Source of the DNA: an uncultured Gammaproteobacteria bacterium
GTDB lineage: Bacteria > Patescibacteriota > Microgenomatia > UBA10105 > UBA927
Length of the DNA stretch: 47,396 nt
Direction of reading: 5' to 3'
NCBI GenBank assembly: GCA_964358845.1
Contig: CAYHQC010000001.1
Span: 1 to 47,396 of the forward strand
The position numbers and the translations under genes are program-made. The notes below the pieces were generated by a model, which had not been told where the DNA came from, made no database searches, and saw only the letters and a list, made by a program, of their open reading frames with translations. This document shows positions 30,491 through 39,449 of this stretch, piece after piece. Position 1 is the stretch's first letter. Every line of letters starts with the position of its first letter.

Positions 30491-30529
30491 AAGGAAAGGG
30501 TGCGAAGCTAGTCCACCCTAAGGGTGATA
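30491..30529 (-). repeat. REP-B copy 3
   Basis: Perfect 39-nt reverse complement of 27417-27455. Confidence 0.92.
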
Positions 30530-30672
30530 ACACCAAAGAGAAATCAATGTTGTTAATTGCTATAGCGGCCGCTATAGTAAAAGACAACGAACAGAAAAAG
30601 TTGGTATAGTAGAAAATACGTGCTCTATATCACATTGACAACGAGCTTCCTATAATATATTATAGGCTAAGT

Positions 30673-32373
30673 ATGGTATTAGCAGAACTTGCGGCACTAA
30701 CAGCAGCGAGTCAAAATAGCCAAAAATCGATTGAGGTTATTCAGGATCATTCTGATTTACACTCCCCTTTCTCATCTATCAGACATAATGAGCCGATTGA
30801 TTTTTCAGGTGCAACATTAGGCGCAGGACTTCGTGAAGGTTTTCATGCGGACCGTAGTTTATTCCAAGATTATTCTATCCTAACCCCAGTATCACCACGG
30901 TCTACTCCAGTTGGGCAGGATACACCACCTTCGTCAGATATTCCGTGGGGAAAAGTAGCGGCAGTTGTTGGCGGTCTTTCATTTCTTGGAGCTGAAGCGA
31001 CGTTGTTTAGAAAAGTTGGATTGAAAAGAGGGGCAATCGTAAATGGATCAATTTTATCAGGTGTAGCGTGTTTAGCACAGTCTGTTGAGGTCGCAATTAT
31101 TGATAAAGAAAAAGTGCCATTTATATTATCTGCAGAAAGTGCCGTCGCAAGTATAAAAGAACGAGGTTCTTCTTTTAAGATCGGTAATTCCGACGCATCA
31201 TTTACAAATGTCTCCTGTACTTCTGATAGTGGAGTGTTTAATTCAATAATTCTCAAAGATGATAGAAGTGATGTGCTCAGTACCGCAGCGCTTTGTACAG
31301 CAGAGTTACGAGTAGGTGAAAAATCTCACTTGGCTGGATTAATTGTTTCAGACGCGGGTGAAGTATATATACTAAATGGTCAACTTTCAATCAGCATAGA
31401 TGAAAAGGCTGGTACGGGCCAACTCGGGTTGGTGACAGCCGATAAAGAGTTTGACCCACATGTAGGAGCTTCATTTGGCGTAGAACTGGTTGATGGCGAA
31501 GTTAAGAGCCTATCGTGGGTGAGAATCGGTAGCACCACGTCGTATGTAGAGGCAAAAGATCAAGGTCCTATTGATCAGGAGACTCCAATAGCAACGCCGC
31601 AGGAAACTCCTTCATCAGAACCGGGTAGCCCTACGAAGCCGGTGGCCACGGCACAAAATGCGGAAGGTATTGATAATTTTTATTTAGCGATTTCAGGGTC
31701 AGAAATACTGAATTTGGGTCTTTTGATTAATGCGGCCCTTAACGCTCCCAAAGCCACATTGACACCCGAACTTGTTGGATCGAATCTCACCCCCACTCTC
31801 AAAGCCACCGCCACCCCAAGCGCGACGGAGGCAAAGACCAAGACCCCGACCGCGACTAAGACTGCGACTGCCACTGAGACCAATACCCCCGTGCCGATGC
31901 CGGAACTCGAGAGATCGGTGATCGCCTTATTGGGCGAGATGGGGGTTGACTATACAAAAACAATTGAAAACGGCTCAGTGACATTGGTAAACAACGAAAC
32001 GGGAAAAGAAATAATGAAAAATGGAAAGATGGCACTAGAGTTTGATGTAGAACTAGCCAAAAAGGATTGTGAACCTACTGATATAGTGCCTTCGAAAATA
32101 GGTGGATTAGTACTGGGTACTAGCGGTGAAAAGTCGTATGCTTATCAAATGGACTTGTTAAGTTATGGTTATGATAACAATCTTTGGAAGCCTAAAGATA
32201 AAAGTGGGTACTTCAATGTGTCTGATATATTGATCGACAGAGAAAATCAATGCTGGGGTTTTCTCGTTGATGATGATTATCTTTTTTATAGAGATAAATC
32301 TGGATTGGTACACATTGATCCTATAATTCCTCCTACGAAGGACGAGCTACATACATTTAAAATTAACAGATAA
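30673..32373 (+). CDS. Hypothetical membrane-anchored/secreted protein with a Thr/Pro/Ala-rich linker
   Basis: TM-like GKVAAVVGGLSFLGAEATLF. Linker TPTLKATATPSATEAKTKTPTATKTATATETNTPVP. Confidence 0.55.
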   Translation: MVLAELAALTAASQNSQKSIEVIQDHSDLHSPFSSIRHNEPIDFSGATLGAGLREGFHADRSLFQDYSILTPVSPRSTPVGQDTPPSSDIPWGKVAAVVGGLSFLGAEATLFRKVGLKRGAIVNGSILSGVACLAQSVEVAIIDKEKVPFILSAESAVASIKERGSSFKIGNSDASFTNVSCTSDSGVFNSIILKDDRSDVLSTAALCTAELRVGEKSHLAGLIVSDAGEVYILNGQLSISIDEKAGTGQLGLVTADKEFDPHVGASFGVELVDGEVKSLSWVRIGSTTSYVEAKDQGPIDQETPIATPQETPSSEPGSPTKPVATAQNAEGIDNFYLAISGSEILNLGLLINAALNAPKATLTPELVGSNLTPTLKATATPSATEAKTKTPTATKTATATETNTPVPMPELERSVIALLGEMGVDYTKTIENGSVTLVNNETGKEIMKNGKMALEFDVELAKKDCEPTDIVPSKIGGLVLGTSGEKSYAYQMDLLSYGYDNNLWKPKDKSGYFNVSDILIDRENQCWGFLVDDDYLFYRDKSGLVHIDPIIPPTKDELHTFKINR

Positions 32374-32424
32374 CGGGACGTTTGGAGATTTTGAAAATAA
32401 TTCATACTATGCTAGTATGGGTTT

Positions 32425-32964
32425 ATGAGCAATTGGAAGCGTCTGTTATTCGTTTTCTTTTCTTTTTTGGTTGTAATTTCGTTAACTGCCGGCTATATTT
32501 ACTACTCAAAGACAGGGGGCAGAGGGCTTACCCGTGTAATATTTTATTATTTCTTTCGAAACATCCCTGACAAAAAATACAGCTGGCGCGATTTTACCGA
32601 TCGCGGGGAAAACCATGGGATCAGCGGATTTTATTCGAGTGGTGACAAAAACGGATTTAGCTTGTGGACTTTAAGCGGGTTAAAAAGGTTTTATCACGTA
32701 CCAAAGAGCATTTACATGCATGAAGATGTTTGCGCGGCTGTGCGATATCTAAATGAAAATCCTGACGCCGCAAATAATGCTGTATCTGCTTCCAAGGAAG
32801 TTACTTCAGATATTTTATTTTGGGAAAGTCTTTTGAGGAAAGAAAATCTGGTTACGGTACTTCGCCGTCCCGCAAAAGAATATCACAACGAGATAGACAA
32901 AGTCTGGTCATACTCTGGAATGTACAAAGAGTTAAACAAGTTGGATATAGAATCATGCAATTGA
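32425..32964 (+). CDS. Hypothetical N-terminally anchored protein
   Basis: N-terminal TM segment LLFVFFSFLVVISLTAGYIYY. Overlaps the next gene's start by 10 nt. Confidence 0.5.
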   Translation: MSNWKRLLFVFFSFLVVISLTAGYIYYSKTGGRGLTRVIFYYFFRNIPDKKYSWRDFTDRGENHGISGFYSSGDKNGFSLWTLSGLKRFYHVPKSIYMHEDVCAAVRYLNENPDAANNAVSASKEVTSDILFWESLLRKENLVTVLRRPAKEYHNEIDKVWSYSGMYKELNKLDIESCN

Positions 32965-34496
32965 AACGCACAATAAAAATAGTTTATATACTGGCAGTAT
33001 TTGTTCTGTTTTATTTGGCTTTGCCGCCAACTCGTGTAGAAGCTCAAGCTTGCGGCGGGGATTGTTCGGTTGTTAAGTGTGATAATCAACCAAGGTGTAG
33101 GATAATTGGGAGAGAACTATATTGTCCAGTTGCATATTGCTCCCAGTGTGGCGGCAGCGGTTGTGAACGGGTTGGTTGTCCGCCTGGAGAGTTTATGGCG
33201 AATGATGGATGTCGTCCGATTGGAGCGGTGGATAATTGTCCGTGCGGCACAAAGCCAAGCGGAGTTTGTAACTCGTGTGAAGAGGATCTGCCACCCCCAG
33301 AGCCTCCTGCCATACCAACAGAAATTCCCACCCCTACTCCCACCCTTACTCCCACCCCCACACCGTTGCCTGTAAACATCCTTGTTCGTGGAGTCAATCT
33401 TCCTGCCATTCCACAACTTTGCGATCAGATAAAAGCCTCGACAGACTATCGCACCGGTTCGGTGTTTGACGTTACCAAAAACGGGACGTCCATAGGACAG
33501 CAAACACAATCCGGCTCCACCTATCTTTCGTGGATCGATACCGCTGGCACGTACGCGGTGTCGTCTGCGGAAGTCGCCTCGTCTGCAGTTCGGTATTGCC
33601 TCACTGATGGCACAGGCAGTACCTTTGGTCCGTCTACTGTTGTGGCTCCTGCCGGCACCACCCAAACATTTGATGTGTCGTTTAGTCCATTTGGTCCCTG
33701 GTTTCAGACAAAAGGCGGCGGAGATGTGTATAGCAGTGGAAAGATCGTTTCCAAAATTCCTCCCTCTGCCGTGCCTCGCGTATTTCTTTCTGATGGCGGT
33801 CCAGCGGGCTCCTTGTTTCCCGGTATTCCGATATACGGCTCCACAGCCGTCCTGCCGTACGACTTTGACGAATCTCCAAGCAGTCAGGGAGAAACAATAG
33901 TGTCCAGTAAAGACTGGCTGGTAAACCAGGCGCATCCCACAAAGGATTTGTATGGTACGTTCTATCGCAAATTTGACTCGCCAACGATTGCGGATTACAC
34001 CAATGAAGTTACTCCTATCAGCCAGCCGGTCAGCCGTGTGAAGCCCTACTACATCCTGGGAGATGTGACGACGACGGGCAATTGGACTGTGGGCGATGGA
34101 GAGAAGCTTATACTTCTTGTAGACGGCTCAATTACCATAAGTGGGCAAATGCACACGACGGGCACGGGTATCATCGTCGTCATTGCAAAGACGGAAATAA
34201 ATTTTTCGCCTGCCGTGGGTGTGGGAGCGGGTATCTCGACACCATCTATCGAAGGGGTATATATAGCAGGGAGTACACTGCGCACAGGTGCTTCGACAAC
34301 CCCAGGATCTGAACGTTTTGTCGGAAAGGGTATGTTTATCGGCAATGCTCTGGCGCTTGAGCGGGATTTAGCGTCGGCGGTAGGGGGAAATCTCACCACG
34401 TCAGCACACCTTTTTATCTATAATCCCGGCTATTTGTTTTCTCTTCCTGCGAAAATGTTGGATAGATCCATAAGTTGGCAGGAGGTGGCACCGTAA
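32955..34496 (+). CDS. Secreted protein with a Cys-rich N-terminal module (14 Cys in about 80 aa), a Pro/Thr linker and a large C-terminal domain
   Basis: Signal-like MQLKRTIKIVYILAVFVLFYLALPPTRVEA, then QACGGDCSVVKCDN...CNSCEED, then PPPEPPAIPTEIPTPTPTLTPTPTPLP. Visibly more GC-rich than its neighbours. Confidence 0.6.
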   Translation: MQLKRTIKIVYILAVFVLFYLALPPTRVEAQACGGDCSVVKCDNQPRCRIIGRELYCPVAYCSQCGGSGCERVGCPPGEFMANDGCRPIGAVDNCPCGTKPSGVCNSCEEDLPPPEPPAIPTEIPTPTPTLTPTPTPLPVNILVRGVNLPAIPQLCDQIKASTDYRTGSVFDVTKNGTSIGQQTQSGSTYLSWIDTAGTYAVSSAEVASSAVRYCLTDGTGSTFGPSTVVAPAGTTQTFDVSFSPFGPWFQTKGGGDVYSSGKIVSKIPPSAVPRVFLSDGGPAGSLFPGIPIYGSTAVLPYDFDESPSSQGETIVSSKDWLVNQAHPTKDLYGTFYRKFDSPTIADYTNEVTPISQPVSRVKPYYILGDVTTTGNWTVGDGEKLILLVDGSITISGQMHTTGTGIIVVIAKTEINFSPAVGVGAGISTPSIEGVYIAGSTLRTGASTTPGSERFVGKGMFIGNALALERDLASAVGGNLTTSAHLFIYNPGYLFSLPAKMLDRSISWQEVAP

Positions 34497-34552
34497 ATTA
34501 ACAATTGACCAATTAACAATTGACAAATTGACTATTGATAAATTGACATATA
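34497..34552. repeat. AT-rich low-complexity tandem array of AATTGAC/AATTAAC units upstream of the PilX-like gene
   Basis: taaattaacaattgaccaattaacaattgacaaattgactattgataaattgacata. Contains several TTGACA-like hexamers. Confidence 0.7.
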
Positions 34553-34556
34553 CGAT

Positions 34557-35390
34557 ATGAAACAAAAAACGAACATAACGATAAATCAAAGTGGGCAGAT
34601 AGTGCTTATTACTTTATTGGTTCTCACGGTGGCTATTACGTTAGTGCTGGCTTTTATCGGTCGTACGACGACTAATACCGCGATAACGACACAGCTAGAG
34701 GATTCGGCACGCGCGTTTAATGCCGCAGAGGCAGGAATTGAATCAGCACTTAAAAGCGGCATTAATTCCGCTGAAGTATTAGCAGGGGGTGCTAATTTCT
34801 CTGTCGCAGTTACCAATGTAGGAGGAGCTGTAGGCGTGTATGAGTTTTCCAAACAAACGACTCCTTCAAATACGGAAACGCTCTGGTTAGTCGAGCACAA
34901 CGCAGACGGCAGTCTCAACGAGAGCACCTCGTTTCGCACAAACCTCGTCACACTTTGCTGGAGTCAGCAGGCCACAGCTCCAGCCCTATCTGTGGCCGTA
35001 TTATATAAGAGAAGTGGTGAATATTATATGGCCAGAGGTGCGTATGATGCGCTGGCGGCAACGCGTAAAAATAATTTTTCTCTTCCTACATCAACGGGAG
35101 TTGGATGCGGGAAAACAAATGTGTATTCCCAGTCCATTAATTTTTCTTCGGATTTTGGCATAAATGTGGCGACAGATACTCTTCTTATGCTTCGTATCCA
35201 ACCGTTTTATGAAGCAACTACTATTTCCTTTGATCCGATTTTTGGCACCTTGCCGCTTCAAGCCAAACGTATAGAATCCACAGGCGCCGTCGCATCCGGC
35301 ACGACCAGAAAAATCGTGGTGTATCAGCAGTACAACTATGCACCGTCTTTATTTGACGCAGTACTTTATAGTCAGTCGTCGTTGGAGTAA
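34557..35390 (+). CDS. PilX-like pilus assembly protein
   Basis: N-terminal SGQIVLITLLVLTVAITLVLAFIG followed by ARAFNAAEAGIESAL (PilX_N-like AEAG motif). Confidence 0.5.
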   Translation: MKQKTNITINQSGQIVLITLLVLTVAITLVLAFIGRTTTNTAITTQLEDSARAFNAAEAGIESALKSGINSAEVLAGGANFSVAVTNVGGAVGVYEFSKQTTPSNTETLWLVEHNADGSLNESTSFRTNLVTLCWSQQATAPALSVAVLYKRSGEYYMARGAYDALAATRKNNFSLPTSTGVGCGKTNVYSQSINFSSDFGINVATDTLLMLRIQPFYEATTISFDPIFGTLPLQAKRIESTGAVASGTTRKIVVYQQYNYAPSLFDAVLYSQSSLE

Positions 35391-35614
35391 GTAAGGGAGT
35401 ATGAAAAAAGCCGTTGAAGTTCAGATAAAAATAGCTCCAATAGTAAAGGATGAAGTTATTGAGAACGGTAAAAATAAAATTATAGTCGAAATTCGAAGTC
35501 TTCGTAGGTTCATGCATTCTGCAAGATTGTCTACAAAATACTACTGTGAAGTCACCAAGCATATACCGATATATACTGGTTGACAGACGATTTTTTTCAG
35601 GGTATGGTACGTAT

Positions 35615-35854
35615 ATGATTACTGACGCTGACATTGCGAAGCTGAAAATTGTTTTTGTTACCAAAGACGATCTTAGTGCTATGGAAAAACGTCAGAAAGA
35701 CGAGAGGATCTCCTTTAAAGATGCTATTTTGAAAGAAATTAGTGATATGCGTGATGAGGTAGCATTGGTGATTGGCTACAAAGATCAAATTGAAGATCAC
35801 GAGGACAGAATAGAATTACTCGAAAAAATAGTAAAAGTCTCACCATCTTTGTAG
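35615..35854 (+). CDS. Hypothetical small coiled-coil protein
   Basis: Starts at ATG 35615 (MITDADIAKLK...). Heptad-like charged sequence. Confidence 0.35.
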   Translation: MITDADIAKLKIVFVTKDDLSAMEKRQKDERISFKDAILKEISDMRDEVALVIGYKDQIEDHEDRIELLEKIVKVSPSL

Positions 35855-35920
35855 CAAGCAGCTTGTTTCCTCTTGATAGTTTTTCTCTGATAATTCATAC
35901 TTGATTGAGGAGTAAACTTT

Positions 35921-36952
35921 ATGGCGAAATCTCTGCTCGGATTGGATATCGGATCTCATAGTATAAAGCTTATCGAAATAGCTCAAGACGGTACTCAAAA
36001 TACACTTCTTGCGGCAGGATCTATACCTACGCCACCGAAAGCCCTTGCCTCTCCTCTTTCCGCTGATCATGAAGCAATCGCTTTAATTATTCGTCAACTT
36101 ATAAAAGAAACAGGGGTAAAAGCGAGCTCTGTGGCTATTTCTCTTCCTGAGTCGCAAGTATTTACCCGTGTCATAGAGGTGCCAGATCTTTCCACTCGTG
36201 AGCTATCTTCTGCGATATCTTGGGAAGCAGAGCAATATATCCCCTTGCCGCTTGATCAGGTAAATATAGATTACTCGATACTTCGTGATGCCAAGGAAAC
36301 AGGCACTGACAAGATGGATGTGTTGTTGGTGGCTTGCCCTAAGACACTTCTTGAAAAATATCTCTCTATCGTTGAGATGGCAGAGCTTATCCCCATTGCC
36401 GCGGAATCAGAAATCATTTCAACATCACGCTCCCTTGCAGGATCAGCATCAAATAGCAAAGGCGCTATCCTTTTGGCGTCACTTGGTGCACTCACCACAG
36501 ATTTAGCGATTCTTCGCGGGGGAGTCATTGCATTCACCCGATCTATAGCAGCGGGTGGAGAAGCTCTTTCTCGGGCTCTCGTTTCTGGGCTTGATTTCAA
36601 TGCTTCTCAGGCAGAGGAATTTAAACGTACGTATGGTGTAGCGCAAAACACTCTGCAGGGAAAAATTGTAACACTGGTAAAACCCATCATGGATACGATA
36701 GTGACAGAGATGAAAAGAGCGATTGCATTTTACTCCCAAAAATATAACGGTGAAAAAATAGATGCTGTTGTTCTTTCCGGAGGAACTGCAAAATTGCCGG
36801 GGATGGTAGTCTATATGGCAGAGGCGCTCGGCATAGAGGTTCAGCTTGCCAATCCGTGGGTAAATATCGTAAGGGATCAACGTTTTCGAGTGCTTGATAG
36901 CGAAGGGACGACATTTGCCGTAGCTGCCGGGTTGGCACTTCGCGATCTGTAA
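35921..36952 (+). CDS. pilM: Type IV pilus assembly protein PilM (actin-like ATPase fold)
   Basis: LGLDIGSHSIKLIE... and VVLSGGTAKLPG. Confidence 0.85.
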   Translation: MAKSLLGLDIGSHSIKLIEIAQDGTQNTLLAAGSIPTPPKALASPLSADHEAIALIIRQLIKETGVKASSVAISLPESQVFTRVIEVPDLSTRELSSAISWEAEQYIPLPLDQVNIDYSILRDAKETGTDKMDVLLVACPKTLLEKYLSIVEMAELIPIAAESEIISTSRSLAGSASNSKGAILLASLGALTTDLAILRGGVIAFTRSIAAGGEALSRALVSGLDFNASQAEEFKRTYGVAQNTLQGKIVTLVKPIMDTIVTEMKRAIAFYSQKYNGEKIDAVVLSGGTAKLPGMVVYMAEALGIEVQLANPWVNIVRDQRFRVLDSEGTTFAVAAGLALRDL

Positions 36953-36960
36953 AGGGGATT

Positions 36961-37503
36961 ATGGCAAGAGAAGAAATCAATTTGCTGAAAGGAATGTCGA
37001 ATGCTAATGAAAAGCTTGCGGCGATTGAGCATTTACTCACCAAAATTACCTGGTGGGCACTCGGGGGGCTTTTTAGCATCGCAATTATCACAGGATCGCT
37101 CTATTTTTTTGCTTCATCAAAAAAGAAAGAACTTGAAGTAATACAAGTAGAATTACTTACAGGTATCAAGGAAGAGACTCCGAAAGAAGGAATTCTTGTA
37201 TCGTTAAAACAGCGATCAGCAATTGCGGGCAAGGCGCTTGAGGCAGCAAAGCCGTACGGGAAACTTTTTTCACTTTTGGAAACACTTGCGCCCATAGAGT
37301 ATTACACGAATCTTTCTATAGATGAACAAGCGCGGTCAACCGTATCGCTTGTTCTTCCGTCTATAGACGAAGCTATCGTGATTATTGCAAACGTGCTCGT
37401 TCAGGCAGAAGAAAAACAGGTGCGAAATCCACAAATGACATCTTTTTACCTGATGGAGTCTGGATTGGTGCAATTGTCACTATCATTTATCGCGAGTTTA
37501 TAA
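36961..37503 (+). CDS. pilN: PilN-like protein
   Basis: N-terminal EINLL motif, a single TM segment, and position after pilM. Confidence 0.6.
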   Translation: MAREEINLLKGMSNANEKLAAIEHLLTKITWWALGGLFSIAIITGSLYFFASSKKKELEVIQVELLTGIKEETPKEGILVSLKQRSAIAGKALEAAKPYGKLFSLLETLAPIEYYTNLSIDEQARSTVSLVLPSIDEAIVIIANVLVQAEEKQVRNPQMTSFYLMESGLVQLSLSFIASL

Positions 37504-37512
37504 AAATACCGT

Positions 37513-38247
37513 ATGGATATTAAAAATATATTACGCACCTATCAAGGCATCGCAGTGTCGATCGCTGTACTGGTTTTTTGCGGTATTGCACTTTTTAGCG
37601 GAGTCATTCCTTCTATCCAAAAGGTGAAAGAAATGTTTGTCGCAGTTTCTTCACTTAAAGAAGATAATGCTAAGCTTATCGGGAAAGCTGAAATACTTGA
37701 AAGTTACGATGAACAGGATCTTAAACAGAAGTTATCTCTTGTTCTCTCAGCAGTCCCAGGAAATAAAGGGCTTCCTGGCTTATTCAGTACGGTAGAGAAA
37801 GTCGCCAAGACAGCCGGCGTGACGCTTCTTAATATGTCAGTCACTGGAGGCACCATTGCATCGATTTCTGCACAGAAACAATCAGCCGCAGAACAAAAGG
37901 TAGGAAGTCGTACAATTCCTTTTATGGTTACTGTCGTAGGGACGTCGGCTTCGATGCAGAAGTTTATCACGTTAGCGCCAAGGGTGCGACGACTCATGCG
38001 TATCCGTTCTTTTTCTACACTGTTTTCGAAAAACGATGTGCCAATCACTGTCACTCTTTCCATGAATGCATTTTATGAGCCTTTTGTGACGTCACTAGGG
38101 GGCGCTTCATCGGTGCTAACTGCACTTTCGGCAAGTGAATTGGCGCTCATAGAACAACTTTCTATATTTCCGCTTGTGGGACATGAAGTGCAAACGATTC
38201 CCATGACCGCTGTGACCGAGCAAAAGGCTAATCCTTTTTCTCGTTAA
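37513..38247 (+). CDS. pilO: PilO-like protein
   Basis: TM segment plus coiled coil. The call rests on position after pilN only. Confidence 0.5.
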   Translation: MDIKNILRTYQGIAVSIAVLVFCGIALFSGVIPSIQKVKEMFVAVSSLKEDNAKLIGKAEILESYDEQDLKQKLSLVLSAVPGNKGLPGLFSTVEKVAKTAGVTLLNMSVTGGTIASISAQKQSAAEQKVGSRTIPFMVTVVGTSASMQKFITLAPRVRRLMRIRSFSTLFSKNDVPITVTLSMNAFYEPFVTSLGGASSVLTALSASELALIEQLSIFPLVGHEVQTIPMTAVTEQKANPFSR

Positions 38248-38929
38248 CAAGATCAGGTCGTTTTAGTGCTGTTTTTTGCAGTGCTTCCTTTTTTTGCCAG
38301 GTGTTAATTTTTTTGGGATCGCCGGATTTAAGAATGTCGGGCACTTTTATTCCGTTATATATTTCAGGCCTTGTATACTGCGGATACTCAAGAAGTATAT
38401 CTGAAAAGGACTCATGTACTGTGGCTTCTTTTTTGGAGAGGACACCGTCTAATAATCGCGTGATGCTATCAATCACTACCATCGCTGGAATTTCGCCGCC
38501 GGTCAGGATATAGTCGCCTATGGATATTTCTTCGTCAACTAACCCTCGTACGCGTTCATCCACGCCTTCATAATGGCCGCAGATGAGTATAATGTGGTCA
38601 AAATTTGTCGCGAGATCTTTGGCTATTGACTGTTTGTACGAAGTTCCCTGTGGATCTAAAAGTATTATTTTGCTTTGTTGGTCATTGAGTTTTGAGTTTT
38701 GAGTTTTGATATATTGTATGGCTTTGTCCACAATATCTACCCGAAGTATCATCCCCGCTCCCCCACCGTACGGCCGATCATCGACGGATTTGTACGCGTC
38801 GGTTGAAAAGTCGCGAAGATTGATAATTTCTATGTCAATGAGTTTCTTTTCTACCGCACGTTTGATGATCGAGTAGCCAAACGGACCGCTAAACATGTCC
38901 GGAAAAAGTGTGATGATGGAGAACTTCAT
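38228..38929 (-). CDS. trmD: tRNA (guanine37-N1)-methyltransferase
   Basis: MKFSIITLFPDMF, DDRPYGGGAGM, LICGHYEGVDERV, SIGDYILTGGE. Confidence 0.93.
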   Translation of the reverse strand: MKFSIITLFPDMFSGPFGYSIIKRAVEKKLIDIEIINLRDFSTDAYKSVDDRPYGGGAGMILRVDIVDKAIQYIKTQNSKLNDQQSKIILLDPQGTSYKQSIAKDLATNFDHIILICGHYEGVDERVRGLVDEEISIGDYILTGGEIPAMVVIDSITRLLDGVLSKKEATVHESFSDILLEYPQYTRPEIYNGIKVPDILKSGDPKKINTWQKKEALQKTALKRPDLVNEKKD

Positions 38930-39207
38930 GCAATCGTAGACTCGTCTGCTTGCAAGGCAGGTTTGTTTATTTCGGGCCCTTCTGCAATCTCGACATCGAC
39001 GTAAAGATTCTTTTTGGCAGCCAAGATTTTAATAAGATCGCGTATGGAGCGTATAATTCTGCCACCTTTGCCTATAATTTTGCCCATATCTTCGGGATTA
39101 ACGTGCAGAGTAAAAACGGTCATATCCTCCACCTGACGCTCATCGATAACTACATCTTCCGGATGATCAACAATGGCTGTGACTAAATAGGTAAGTGTTT
39201 CTTTCAT
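38926..39207 (-). CDS. KH-domain RNA-binding protein (YlqC/UPF0109-like)
   Basis: GKIIGKGGRIIRSIR (GxxG KH motif). Start ATG at 39207 overlaps the rpsP stop (ATGA). Confidence 0.8.
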   Translation of the reverse strand: MKETLTYLVTAIVDHPEDVVIDERQVEDMTVFTLHVNPEDMGKIIGKGGRIIRSIRDLIKILAAKKNLYVDVEIAEGPEINKPALQADESTIA

Positions 39208-39437
39208 GAGGCTTTGCCAAGAAGTTTGGATACGCCTATCGTAATGACGGCACCTTGAGATTTCCAATAATTGAGCCGATCTTTATCAATTTTAAACTGT
39301 GCGGGTTTGACAAGTGGATTGTAGAATCCGAGGATTTCGACCGGTTTTCCGTTTCTTCGTTTATTTTCATCAATAGCGACGATGCGAAATGTTCGTCTAT
39401 TTTTGGAACCGTACTGAGCGAGTCGAATCTTTAGCAT
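39204..39437 (-). CDS. rpsP: 30S ribosomal protein S16
   Basis: MLKIRLAQYGSKNRRTFRIVA...GFYNP. Confidence 0.93.
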   Translation of the reverse strand: MLKIRLAQYGSKNRRTFRIVAIDENKRRNGKPVEILGFYNPLVKPAQFKIDKDRLNYWKSQGAVITIGVSKLLGKAS

Positions 39438-39449
39438 GTTCGTATTCTA

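Larger units (their letters stand above)
27417..30529. mobile_element. Candidate 3.1-kb RAYT-associated module bounded by a perfect 39-bp inverted repeat (RAYT-2 plus two cargo ORFs)
   Basis: Terminal inverted REP-B copies, one internal REP-B copy at 28189-28219, and non-pilus gene content inserted between the minor pilins and the rest of the pilus locus. Confidence 0.4.

Noticed and set aside
33117-33935. 272-aa minus-strand ORF, with 33086-33409, 33607-33900 and 33682-33984
   Set aside because: These are shadow ORFs inside the GC-richer 32955-34496 gene. Their translations are Arg/Gly/Cys-rich low-complexity sequences without starts supported by an SD.
35401-35583. 60-aa ORF directly after the PilX-like gene
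   Set aside because: It has an AAGGGAG-like SD, but the composition is unremarkable and it overlaps the extended frame of the next ORF. Not enough evidence to call it.
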